Source of the DNA: Phyllobates terribilis
Lineage: Eukaryota
DNA: 64,000 nt
Assembly (NCBI RefSeq): GCF_046119375.1
Contig: NW_027362768.1
Span: 9,052,001-9,116,000 of the forward strand
Direction of reading: 5' to 3'
The translations under genes were made by a program, and so were the position numbers. Within the stretch, counting starts at the first letter, position 1, and every line of letters starts with the position of its first letter. Below, piece after piece: positions 23,425-36,400 of this stretch. The notes beneath the pieces are model-generated. The model saw nothing but the letters and a program-made list of their open reading frames with translations. It was not told the origin of the DNA and ran no database searches.

Positions 23425-24098
23425 TTTTTATTTATTTTTTCAACGTTAAAAACTACAAAACAACTAGAGCAAGTGGAGATGAGACAACTATAGGAAAATG
23501 TAGTGTAGATACTTGATTCCCATTGGTGGGAACAATGCAAAAAATGTAAAATATGAAAAGAATAAATATGTGATCTCCAAGGGTTCATTTAAACGAACAG
23601 ATGATCATTTAAATGATGAACGATGCGATTATAATTCACAAGTGTTTATACAGGACAAGAATCATGAATGAAATGGGTGTATAGCAATTGTTAAATCATA
23701 ACTAGAGTTGAGCGTTGTTCGACTCGAACTGTTCGCCAATCTCAAATTCGAGCTGTTTTGGGCGGTGTTCGAGCCGTTCGGCGAACACGAACGATTTGAG
23801 AAAAATTCGGCTGTTCGAGGTTATGTTCGATAACTGTTCATGCACCAAAATCATAACTGGATTTTTTCTCAGTAATGATGAAAATTAATGTTAATACGCA
23901 GTTTGAGTGTACAGCGGGGTGGGGGGAGGGGCAGGGGATGGATCTCTGCAGGAATAATGAAGATCTCCATTTTTTTTCTCTTTCCCGCATTTACAGTGGG
24001 GAGGTGCAATCTGTCAGCCTATCAGCAGCGCACACACGGAGCGAAGTGCTTTATTTCACACAAGCAAGGGCATGTGTCATTGGCAGTGTATGTCACAT

Positions 24099-26926
24099 TA
24101 TTATTATTATTATTTATTATTATAGCGCCATTTATTCCATGGCGCTTTACATGTGATAGGGATATACATAACAAAAGCATTTACATAATCTTAACAAAAC
24201 GAGTCAGCGACTGGTACAGGAGGAGCGAGGACCCTGCCCGCGAGGGCTCACAGTCTACAAGGGAGGGATGGGTGAGGATACAGTAGGTGAGGGTAGAGCT
24301 GGTCGTGCAGTGGTGTTTACTGCAGGTTGTAGGCTTGTCGGAAGAGGTGGGTCTTCAGGTTCCTTTTGAAGGTTTCCACGGTCGGCGAGAGTCTGATATG
24401 TTGGGGTAGAGAGTTCCAGAGTAGGGGGGAAGCACGGGAGAAATCTTGTATACGATTGTGGAAGGAGGAGATAAGAGGGGAGTAGAGCAGGAGATCTTGT
24501 GAGGATCGGAGGTTGCGTGCAGGTAAGTACCGGGAGACTAGGTCACAGATGTATGGGGGAGACAGGTTGTGGATGGCTTTGTATGCCATGGTTAGAGTTT
24601 TGAACTGAATTCTCTGGGCAATAGGGAGCCAGTGAAGGGATTGACAGAGAGGAGAGGCCGGGGAATAGCGGGGGGACAGGTGGATTAGTCGAGCAGCAGA
24701 GTTTAGGATAGATTGGAGAGGTGCAAGAGTGTTGGAAGGGATGCCACGGAGCAGGAGGTTGCTGTAGTCGAGGCAGGATATGATGAGGGCATGCACTAGT
24801 GTTTTTACAGAGTCTTTGCTGAGGAATGCACGGATCCGGGAGATGTTTTTGAGTTGGAGTCGGCAGGAGGTGGAAAGGGCTTGAAGGAGAGATCAGAGTC
24901 CAGGGTTACCCCAAGGCAGCGAGCTTGTGGGACTGGGGAGAGTGAACAGCCATTGACGTTGATGGATAGGTCGGATGGGGGATGTGAATGAGAGGGTGGA
25001 AAGATGATGAACTCTGTTTTATCCATGTTGAGTTTTAGAAACCTGTCGGAGAAGAAGGATGAGATGGCGGTCAGACATTGTGGGATTCTGGTTAGTAGGG
25101 AGGAGATATCGGGTCCAGAGAGGTAGATCTGTGTGTCGTCAGCATAGAGGTGATACTGAAAGCCATGAGACTCTATGAGCTGTCCCAGGCCAAAGGTGTA
25201 TATGGAGAAGAGCAGGGGTCCTAGAACTGAACCTTGGGGGACACCGACAGATAGGGGGCGAGATGAGGAGGTGGTGCGTGAGTGGGAGACGCTGAATGTC
25301 CTGTCTGTTAAGTATGAGGAGATCCAAGATAGAGCCAAGTCCGTGATGCCAAGAGATGAGAGAATCTGGAGTAAGAGGGAATGGTCCACTGTGTCAAAGG
25401 CAGATGACAGGTCCAGAAGGAGGAGGATGGAGTAGTGTCGCTTGGATTTGGCATTTAGTAGGTCGTTGGTGACTTTGGTCAGGGCAGTTTCAGTCGAGTG
25501 ATGCGGTCGGAAGCCAGATTGTAGACGGTCGAAGAGGGAGCAGGAGGAGAGGTGGGAGGACAGTTCAAGGTGGACATGTTGTTCTAGAAGTTTTGAGGCA
25601 AAGGGGAGAAGTGATATGGGGCGGTAGCTGGTCAGAGAGGAAGGGTCAAGGGAGGGCTTTTTGAGGATGGGTGTGATTGCGGCATGTTTGAAACATGAGG
25701 GGAAGACTCCGGTTGTTAGTGATAGATTGAAGAGGTGGGATAGGGTTGGGATGAAGACTGAGGTGAGGTTAGTGATGAGGTGGGATGGGATTGGGTCAAG
25801 TTCGCAGGTGGTGAGGTGTGATTTGGAGAGTAAAGAGGAGACTTGACCTTCTGTAATGGTGGAGAAGTGGGGTTTGGAGGAGGAGGGTTGAGTAGATATG
25901 AGGAGGGGTTGTGTGGACTTTAGGCCAAAGTTTTGTCTGATGGTGTCAATCTTCTGTTTGAAGAATGAGGCAAAGTCGTCGGCTGAGATGAGAGAAGAGG
26001 GAGGAGGTGCTGGGGGACGAAGGAGAGAGTTGAAAGTGTTAAATAGCTGTTTAGGGTTGTGAGATAGGGAGGATATGAGAGATGAGAAGTAGGTTTGTTT
26101 TGCTGTAGTGAGTGCGGACTTGAAATTAGTGAGGGATTGCTTGAATGCGATGAAGTGCTCGATGGAGTGAGACCTTTTCCATCTCCGCTCCGCAACCCTG
26201 GAGGCCCGGCGCAGTTCTTTGGTAAGTTTAGTGTGCCAGGGTTGCCTGTTGAATGTGCGAGGTGTGGTGTGTGTGAGAGGGGCGATCGAGTCTAGAGCTG
26301 CAGCTATTGTGGTGTTATATGAAGCAGCAGCAACGTCTGCATCGTGCAAGGAATTTATGTCTGTGAGAGGAAGGAGGGATTCAGAGAGAGAGTGTAGGTC
26401 AAGGTGTTTGAGATTTCTGCGAGGGTGTGTGAGTTTGTGGAGTGGGGATTGTGCACCCGGAGAGGAGAGGGTAGAGAATGTGAGGAGGTTATGGTCAGAG
26501 AGAGGGAGTGGTGAGTTAGAGAGGTTAGATAGGGAACAGAGGCGGGTGAAGATGAGGTCCAGTGTGTGGCCATCTTTGTGGGTGGGTGTGGAAGACCATT
26601 GAGTGAGTCCAAAGGAGGAAGTGAGGGATAGGAGCTTAGAGACAGACGAGTGGGGAGTGTCAATGGGGATGTTGAAGTCACCCATTATGATAGTGGGGAT
26701 GTCAGTGGAAAGGAAGTGAAGCAGCCAGGTAGTGAAATGGTCTAAGAAGGTGGTGGCTTGCCCTGGGGGTCGGTAAACGACGGCCAGTTGGAGGTTGGAG
26801 GGGGAATAGATGCGCACACAGTGCACCTCAAAAGAGGGGAGTGTAACGGAGGGTGGCAGTGGGATTTGGGTGAAAGCGCAGAGTTCTGATAGGAGGAAAC
26901 CTACGCCTCCACCATGTTTGCCATTG
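24099..26926 (-). mobile_element. 5'-truncated L2 LINE inserted in the hAT 5' arm
   Basis: (TAA)n-type tail at 24099-24123; 7-bp TSD GTCACAT at 24092-98 and 26927-33. Confidence 0.93.
24317..26926 (-). pseudogene. L2 ORF2 (partial APE + RT) with one frameshift
   Basis: [25 protein letters not shown]; a 13-bp deletion (GATATGTGGTTTG) at 24883/24884 relative to the copy at ~51080. Confidence 0.92.
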
Positions 26927-27450
26927 GTCACATGTCCTTGCCCTATAAGACCAAGCCATTTTCCCCGTCGCCACCATTTTCTCACTGCTGCAGCTGCGTG
27001 TTAGACGGCACCGCTGTTGATGTGTGCGCTATACCTTGTTAATTTCAAGCCAATTTTCGCACAAATCTACAGATAGCTTGGGAGTAGGGAATAGTTGTGA
27101 TTGCAGTCCTTTTAAGGACTAGGTTACAGCATTTCCTACGACTTTTATCAGGCAGGTCTGTGCTCTTAAATAGATAGATTGTGGGAGTAAAGACTAATTG
27201 TAATTGCAGTCCTTTTCAGGACTAGGTTACATCAGTTCCTATCAGTTTTTGCCAGGCAGGTCTGTGCCAGTGCTGTGCAAGTTTTTTTCACAGCATTTGG
27301 CTGAATCTAGCAAAGCTAATCCTTCTTGGCCTATTGCAGAGTGTGTTAGTCAGTGGAGTAGCCTATCTGTGTTGCAAGATATACCACCTGTGTATAGAAT
27401 ACCAATTTTTTTACTGCACCTAGTGAAGTAAAATCTTTTGGGCATAGCAT

Positions 27451-30400
27451 CATTCTATTAGTCCATCTATACTGACCTCCATCAGGTTGCAAATTGAATA
27501 TAATTTTTTTCTGCATCTAGCTCTGAAAAAATATTTGGGCTTCTAGCAGTGTGTGGGACTTGTTCTATTAGTCCATCTATACTGACCTCCATCAGGTTGC
27601 AAACTGAATATAATTGTTTTCTGCATCTAGCTCTGAAAAAATATTTGGCCTTCTAGCAGTGTGTGGGACTTGTTCTATTAGTCCATCTATACTGACCTCC
27701 ATCACGCTGCAAACTCAAAATAATTTTTTGTCTGCATCTAGCTCTGAAAAAATATTTGGCCTTCTAGCAGTGTGTGGGACTTTCTCTATTAGTCCATCTA
27801 TTCTGACCTCCATCAGGTTGCAAATTAAAAATAATTTATATCTGCATCTAGCTCTGAAAAAATATTTGGCCTTCTAGCAGTGTGTGGGACTTTCTCTATT
27901 AGTCCATCTATACTGACCTCCATCAGGTTGCAAATTAAAAATAATTTTTTGTCTGCATCTAGCTCTGAAAAAATATTTGGCCTTCTAGCAGTGTGTGGGA
28001 CTTTCTCTATTAGTCCATCTATTCTGACCTCCATCAGGATGCAAATTAAAAATAATTTATATCTGCATCTAGCTCTGAAAAAATATTTGGCCTTCTAGCA
28101 GTGTGTGGGACTTGTTCTATTAGTCCATCTATACTGACCTCCATCAGGTTGCAAATTAAAAATAATTTTTTGTCTGCATCTAGCTCTGAAAAATATTTGG
28201 CCTTCTAGCAGTGTGTGGGACTTTCTCTATTAGTCCATCTATACTGACCTCCATCAGGTTGCAAATTCAAAATAATTTTTTGTCTGCATCTAGCTCTGAA
28301 AAAATATTTGGCCTTCTAGCAGTGTGTGGGACTTTCTCTATTAGTCCATCTATTCTGACCTCCATCAGGTTGCAAATTAAAAATAATTTATATCTGCATC
28401 TAGCTCTGAAAAAATATTTGGCCTTCTAGCAGTGTGTGGGACTTTCTCTATTAGTCCATCTATACTGACCTCCATCAGGTTGCAAATTAAAAATAATTTT
28501 TTGTCTGCATCTAGCTCTGAAAAAATATTTGGCCTTCTAGCAGTGTGTGGGACTTTCTCCATTAGTCCATCTATACTGACCTCCATCAGGTTGCAAACTG
28601 AATATATTTTTTTTATGCATCTACCTCTGAAAAAATATTGGGCTTCTAGCTGTGTGTGGGACTTGTTCTATTAATCCATCTGTATAGACCTCCATCAGGT
28701 TGCAAACTGAATATAATTTTTTTCTGCATCTAGCTCTGAAAAAATATTTGGGCTTCTAGCTTTGTGTGGGACTTGTTCTATTAGTCCATCTATACTGACC
28801 TCCATCAGGTTGCAAACTGAATATAATTTTTTTCTGCATCTAGCTCTGAAAAAATATTTGGCCTTCTAGCAGTGTGTGGAGCTTTCTCTATTAGTCCATC
28901 TATACTGACCTCCATCAGGTTGCAAACTGAATATATATTTTTTCTGCATCTACCTCTGAAAAAATATTGGGCTTCTAGCTGTGTGTGGGACTTGTTCTAT
29001 TAATCCATCTATACAGACCTCCATCAGGTTGCAAACTGAATATAATTTTTTTCTGCATCTACCTCTGAAAAAATATTTGGGCTTCTAGCTGTGTGTGGGA
29101 CTTGTTCTATTAATCCATCTATACAGACCTCCATCAGGTTGCAAACTGAATATATTTTTTTTCTGCATCTACCTCTGAAAAAATATTGGGCTTCTAGCAG
29201 TGTGTGGGACTTGTTCTATTAGTCCATCTATACTGACCTCCATCACGCTGCAAATACAAAATAATTTATTGTCTGCATCTAGCTCTGAAAAAATATTTGG
29301 CCTTCTAGCAGTGTGTGGGACTTTCTCTATTAGTCCATCTATACTGACCTCCATCAGGTTGCAAATTAAAAATAATTTTTATCTGCATCTACCTCTGAAA
29401 AAATATTTGGGCTTCAAGCTGTGTGTGGGACTTGTTCTATTAGTCCATCTATACTGACCTCCATCAGGTTGCAAACTGAATATAATTTTTTTCTGCATCT
29501 AGCTCTGAAAAAATATTTGGCCTTCCAGCAGTGTGTGGGACTTTCTATATTAGTCCATCTATACTGACCTCCATCAGGTTGCAAATTAAAAATAATTTTT
29601 ATCTGCATCTAGCTCTGAAAAAATATTTGGCCTTCTAGCAGTGTGTGAGACTTTCTCTATTAGTCCATCTATACTGACCTCCATCAGGTTGCAAATTAAA
29701 AATAATTTTTTGTCTGCATCTAGCTCTGAAAAAATATTTGGCCTTCTAGCAGTGTGTGGGACTTTCTCTATTAGTCCATCTATACTGACCTCCATCAGGT
29801 TGCAAACTGAATATATTTTTTTTCTTCATCTACCTCTGAAAAAATCTTGGGCTTCTAGCTGTGTGTGGGACTTGTTCTATTAATCCATCTATACAGACCT
29901 CCATCAGGTTGCAAACTGAATATAATTTTTTTCTGCATCTACCTCTGAAAAAATATTTGAGCTTCTAGCTGTGAGTGGGACTTGTTCTATTAGTCAATCT
30001 ATACTGACCTCCATCAGGTTGCAAACTGAATATAATTTTTTTCTGCATCTAGCTCTGAAAAAATATTTGGCCTTCTAGCAGTGTGTGGGACTTTCTCTAT
30101 TAGTCCATCTATACTGACCTCCATCAGGTTGCAAATTAAAAATAATTTTTATCTGCATCTAGCTCTGAAAAAATATTTGGCCTTCTAGCAGTGTGTGGGA
30201 CTTTCTCTATTAGTCCATCTATACTGACCTCCATCAGGTTGCAAACTGAATATATATTTTTTCTGCATCTAGCTCTGAAAAAATATTGGGCTTCTAGCAG
30301 TGTGTGGGACTTTTTCAATTAGTCCATCTATACTGACCTCCATCACGCTGCAAATTCAAAATAATTTTTTGTCTGCATCTAGCTCTGAAAAAATATTTGG

Positions 30401-33400
30401 CCTTATAGCAGTGTGTGGGACTTTCTCTATTAGTCCATCTATACTGACCTCCATCAGGTTGCAAATTAAAAATAATTTTCATCTGCATCTACCTCTGAAA
30501 AAATATTTGGGCTTCTAGCTGTGTGTGGGACTTTCTCTATTAGTCCATCTATACTGACCTCCATCAGGTTGCAAATTAAAAATAATTTTTATCTGCATCT
30601 AGCTCTGAAAAAATATTTGGCCTTCTAGCAGTGTGTGGGACTTTCTCTATTAGTCGATCTATACTGACCTCCATCAGGTTGCAAATTAAAAATAATTTTT
30701 TGTCTGCATCTAGCTCTGAAAAAATATTTGGCCTTCTAGCAGTGTGTGGGACTTTCTCTATTAGTCCATCTATACTGACCTCCATCAGGTTGCAAATTCA
30801 AAATAATTTTTTGTCTGCATCTAGCTCTGAAAAAATATTTGGCCTTCTAGCAGTGTGTGGGACTTTCTCTATTAGTCCATCTATACTGACCTCCATCAGG
30901 CTGCAAATTAAAAATAATTTTTATCTGCATCTACCTCTGAAAAAATATTTGGCCTTCTAGCTGTGTGTGGGACTTGTTCTATTAGTCCATCTATACTGAC
31001 CTCCATCAGGTTGCAAACTGAATATAATTTTTTTCTGTATCTAGCTCTGAAAAAATATTTGGCCTTCTAGCAGTGTGTGGGACTTTCTCTATTAGTCCAT
31101 CTATACTGACCTCCATCAGGTTGCAAATTAAAAATAATTTATAGCTGCATCTAGCTCTGAAAAAATATTTGGCCTTCTAGCAGTGTGTGGGACTTTCTCT
31201 ATTAGTCCATCTATACTGACCTCCATCAGGTTGCAAATTAAAAATAATTTTTGTCTGCATCTAGCTCTGAAAAAATATTTGGCCTTCTAGCAGTGTGTGG
31301 GACTTTCTCTATTAGTCCATCTATACTGACCTCCATCAGGTTGCAAACTGAATATATTTTTTTTCTGCATCTACCTCTGAAAAAATATTGGGCTTCTAGC
31401 TGTGTGTGGGACTTGTTCTATTAATCCATCTATACAGACCTCCATCAGGTTGCAAACTGAATATAATTTTTTTCTGCATCTACCTCTGAAAAAATATTTG
31501 GGCTTCTAGCTGCGTGTGGGACTTGTTCTATTAATCCATCTATACAGACCTCCATAAGGTTGCAAGCTGAATATAATTTTTTTCTGCATCTACCTCTGAA
31601 AAAATATTTGGGCTTCTAGCTGTGTGTGGGACTCGTTCTATTAGTCCATCTATACTGACCTCCATCAGGTTGCAAACTGAATATAATTTTTTTCTGCATC
31701 TAGCTCTGAAAAAATATTTGGCCTTCTAGCAGTGTGTGGGACTTTCTCTATTAGTCCATCTATACTGACCTCCATCAGGTTGCAAATTAAAAATAATTTT
31801 TATCTGCATCTAGCTTTGAAAAAATATTTGGCCTTCTAGCAGTGTGTGGGACTTTCTCTATTAGTCCATCTATACTGACCTCCATCAGGTTGCAAACTGA
31901 ATATATTTTTTTTCTGCATTTACCTCTGAAAAAATATTTGGGCTTCTAGCTGTGTGTGGGACTTGTTCTATTAGTCCATCTATACTGACCTCCATCAGGT
32001 TGCAAACTGAATATAATTTTTTTCTGCATCTAGCTCTGAAAAAATATTTGGCCTTCTAGCAGTGTGTGGGACTTTCTCTATTAGTCCATCTATACTGACC
32101 TCCATCAGGTTGCAAATTAAAAATATTTTTTATCTGCATCTAGCTCTGAAAAAATATTTGGAGTTCTAGCATTGTGTGGGACTTTCTCTATTAGTCCATC
32201 TATACTGACCTCCATCAGGTTGCAAATTAAAAATAATTTTTTGTCTGCATCTAGCTCTGAAAAAATATTTGGCCTTCTAGCAGTGTGTGGGACTTTCTCT
32301 ATTAGTCCATCTATACTGACCTCCATCAGGTTGCAAATGCAAAAAAATTTTTTGTCTGCATCTAGCTCTGAAAAAATATTTGACCTTCCAGCAGTGTGTG
32401 GGTCTTTCTCTATTAGTCCATCTATACTGACCTCCATCAGGCTGCAAATTAAAAATAATTTTTATCTGCATCTACGTCTGAAAAAATATTTGGCCTTCTA
32501 GCTGTGTGTGGGACTTGTTCTATTAGTCCATCTATACTGACCTCCATCAGGTTGCAAACTGAATATAATTTTTTTCTGCATCTAGCTCTGAAAAAATATT
32601 TGGCCTTCTAGCAGTGTGTGGGACTTTCTCTATTAGTCCATCTATACTGACCTCCATCAGGTTGCAAATTAAAAATAATTTATATCTGCATCTATCTCTG
32701 AAAAAATATTTGGCCTTCTAGCAGTGTGTGGGACTTTCTCTATTAGTCCATCTATACTGACCTCCATCAGGTTGCAAATTAAAAATAATTTTTTGTCTGC
32801 ATCTAGCTCTGAAAAAATAATTGGCCTTCTAGCAGTGTGTGGGACTTTCTCTATTAGTCCATCTATACTGACCTCCATCAGGTTGCAAACTGAATATATT
32901 TTTTTTCTGCATCTACCTCTGAAAAAATATTGGGCTTCTAGCTGTGTGTGGGACTTGTTCTATTAATCCATCTATACAGACCTCCATCAGGTTGCAAACT
33001 GAATATAATTTTTTTCTGCATCTACCTCTGAAAAAATATTTGGGCTTCTAGCTGTGTGTGGGACTTGTTCTATTAGTCCATCTATACTGACCTCCATCAG
33101 GTTGCAAACTGAATATAATTTTTTTCTGCATCTACCTCTGAAAAAATATTTGGGCTTCTAGCTGTGTGTGGGACTTGTTCTATTAGTCCATCTATACTGA
33201 CCTCCATCAGGTTGCAAACTGAATATAATTTTTTTCTGCATCTAGCTCTGAAAAAATATTTGGCCTTCTAGCAGTGTGTGGGACTTTCTCTATTAGTCCA
33301 TCTATACTGACCTCCATCAGGTTGCAAATTAAACATAATTTTTATCTGCATCTAGCTCTGAAAAAATATTTGGCCTTCTAGCAGTGTGTGGGACTTTCTC

Positions 33401-36400
33401 TATTAGTCCATCTATACTGACCTCCATCAGGTTGCAAATACAAAATAATTTTTTGTCTGCATCTAGCTCTGAAAAAATATTTGGCCTTCTAGCAGTGTGT
33501 GGGACTTTCTCTATTAGTCCATCTATACTGACCTCCATCAGGTTGCAAATTCAAAATAATTTTATGTCTGCATCTAGCTCTGAAAAAATATTTGGCCTTC
33601 TAGCAGTGTGTAGGACTTTCTCTATTAGTCCATCTATACTGACCTCCATCAGGCTGCAAATTAAAAATAATTTTTATCTGCATCTACCTCTGAAAAAATA
33701 TTTGGCCTTCTAGCTGTGTGTGGGACTTGTTCTATTAGTCCATCTATACTGACCTCCATCAGGTTGCAAACTGAATATAATTTTTTTCTGCATCTAGCTC
33801 TGAAAAAATATTTGGCCTTCTAGCAGTGTGTGGGACTTTCTCTATTAGTCCATCTATACTGACCTCCATCAGGTTGCAAATTAAAAATAATTTATATCTG
33901 CATCTAGCTCTGAAAAAATATTTGGCCTTCTAGCAGTGTGTGGGACTTTCTCTATTAGTCCATCTATACTGACCTCCATCAGGTTGCAAACTGAATATAT
34001 TTTTTTTCTGCATCTACCTCTGAAAAAATATTGGGCTTCTAGCTGTGTGTGGGACTTGTTCTATTAATCCATCTATACAGACCTCCATCAGGTTGCAAAC
34101 TGAATATAATTTTTTTCTGCATCTACCTCTGAAAAAATATTTGGGCTTCTAGCTGCGTGTGGGACTTGTTCTATTAATCCATCTATACAGACCTCCATAA
34201 GGTTGCAAGCTGAATATAATTTTTTTCTGCATCTACCTCTGAAAAAATATTTGGGCTTCTAGCTGTGTGTGGGACTCGTTCTATTAGTCCATCTATACTG
34301 ACCTCCATCAGGTTGCAAACTGAATATAATTTTTTTCTGCATCTAGCTCTGAAAAAATATTTGGCCTTCTAGCAGTGTGTGTGACTTTCTCTATTAGTCC
34401 ATCTATACTGACCTCCATCAGGTTGCAAATTAAAAATAATTTTTATCTGCATCTAGCTTTGAAAAAATATTTGGCCTTCTAGCAGTGTGTGGGACTTTCT
34501 CTATTAGTCCATCTATACTGACCTCCATCAGGTTGCAAACTGAATATATTTTTTTTCTGCATTTACCTCTGAAAAAATATTGGGCTTCTAGCAGTGTGTG
34601 GGACTTGTTCTATTAGTCCATCTATACTGACCTCCATCACGCTGCAAATACAAAATAATTTTTTGTCTGCATCTAGCTCTGAAAAAATATTTGGCCTTCT
34701 AGCAGTGTGTGGGACTTTCTCTATTAGTCCATCTATACTGACCTCCATCAGGTTGCAAATTAAAAATAATTTTTATCTGCATCTACCTCTGAAAAAATAT
34801 TTGGGCTTCTAGCTGTGTGTGGGACTTGTTCTATTAGTCCATCTATACTGACCTCCATCAGGTTGCAAACTGAATATAATTTTTTTCTGCATCTAGCTCT
34901 GAAAAAATATTTGGCCTTCTAGCAGTGTGTGGGACTTTCTCTATTAGTCCATCTATACTGACCTCCATCAGGTTGCAAATTAAAAATAATTTTTATCTGC
35001 ATCTAGCTCTGAAAAAATATTTGGCCTTCTAGCATTGTGTGGGACTTTCTCTATTAGTCCATCTATACTGACCTCCATCAGGTTGCAAATTAAAAATAAT
35101 TTTTTGTCTGCATCTAGCTCTGAAAAAATATTTGGCCTTCTAGCAGTGTGTGGGACTTTCTCTATTAGTCCATCTATACTGACCTCCATCAGGTTGCAAA
35201 TGCAAAAAAATTTTTTGTCTGCATCTAGCTCTGAAAAAATATTTGACCTTCCAGCAGTGTGTGGGACTTTCTCTATTAGTCCATCTATACTGACCTCCAT
35301 CAGGCTGCAAATTAAAAATAATTTTTATCTGCATCTAGCTCTGAAAAAATATTTGGCCTTCTAGCTGTGTGTGGGACTTGTTCTATTAGTCCATCTATAC
35401 TGACCTCCATCAGGTTGCAAACTGAATATAATTTTTTTCTGCATCTAGCTCTGAAAAAATATTTGGCCTTCTAGCAGTGTGTGGGACTTTCTCTATTAGT
35501 CCATCTATACTGACCTCCATCAGGTTGCAAATTAAAAATAATTTATATCTGCATCTATCTCTGAAAAATATTTGGCCTTCTAGCAGTGTGTGGGACTTTC
35601 TCTATTAGTCCATCTATACTGACCTCCATCAGGTTGCAAATTAAAAATAATTTTTTGTCTGGATCTAGCTCTGAAAAAATAATTGGCCTTCTAGCAGTGT
35701 GTGGGACTTTCTCTATTAGTCCATCAATACTGACCTCCATCAGGTTGCAAACTGAATATATTTTTTTTCTGCATCTACCTCTGAAAAAATATTGGGCTTC
35801 TAGCTGTGTGTGGGACTTGTTCTATTAATCCATCTATACAGACCTCCATCAGGTTGCAAACTGAATATAATTTTTTTCTGCATCTACCTCTGAAAAAATA
35901 TTTGGGCTTCTAGCTGTGTGTGGGACTTGTTCTATTAGTCCATCTATACTGACCTCCATCAGGTTGCAAACTGAATATAATTTTTTTCTGCATCTACCTC
36001 TGAAAAAATATTTGGGCTTCTAGCTGTGTGTGGGACTTGTTCTATTAGTCCATCCATTCTGACCTCCATCAGGTTGCAAACTGAATATAATTTTTTTCTG
36101 CATCTAGCTCTGAAAAAATATTTGGCCTTCTAGCAGTGTGTGGGACTTTCTCTATTAGTCCATCTATACTGACCTCCATCAGGTTGCAAATTAAACATAA
36201 TTTTTATCTGCATCTAGCTCTGAAAAAATATTTGGCCTTCTAGCAGTGTGTGGGACTTTCTCTATTAGTCCATCTATACTGACCTCCATCAGGTTGCAAA
36301 TACAAAATAATTTTTTGTCTGCATCTAGCTCTGAAAAAATATTTGGCCTTCTAGCAGTGTGTGGGACTTTCTCTATTAGTCCATCTATACTGACCTCCAT

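Noticed and set aside
24805-26985. A 726-aa hAT-L2 fusion protein
   Set aside because: The track start is a GTG in flanking hAT sequence that happens to be in frame with a truncated, frameshifted L2.
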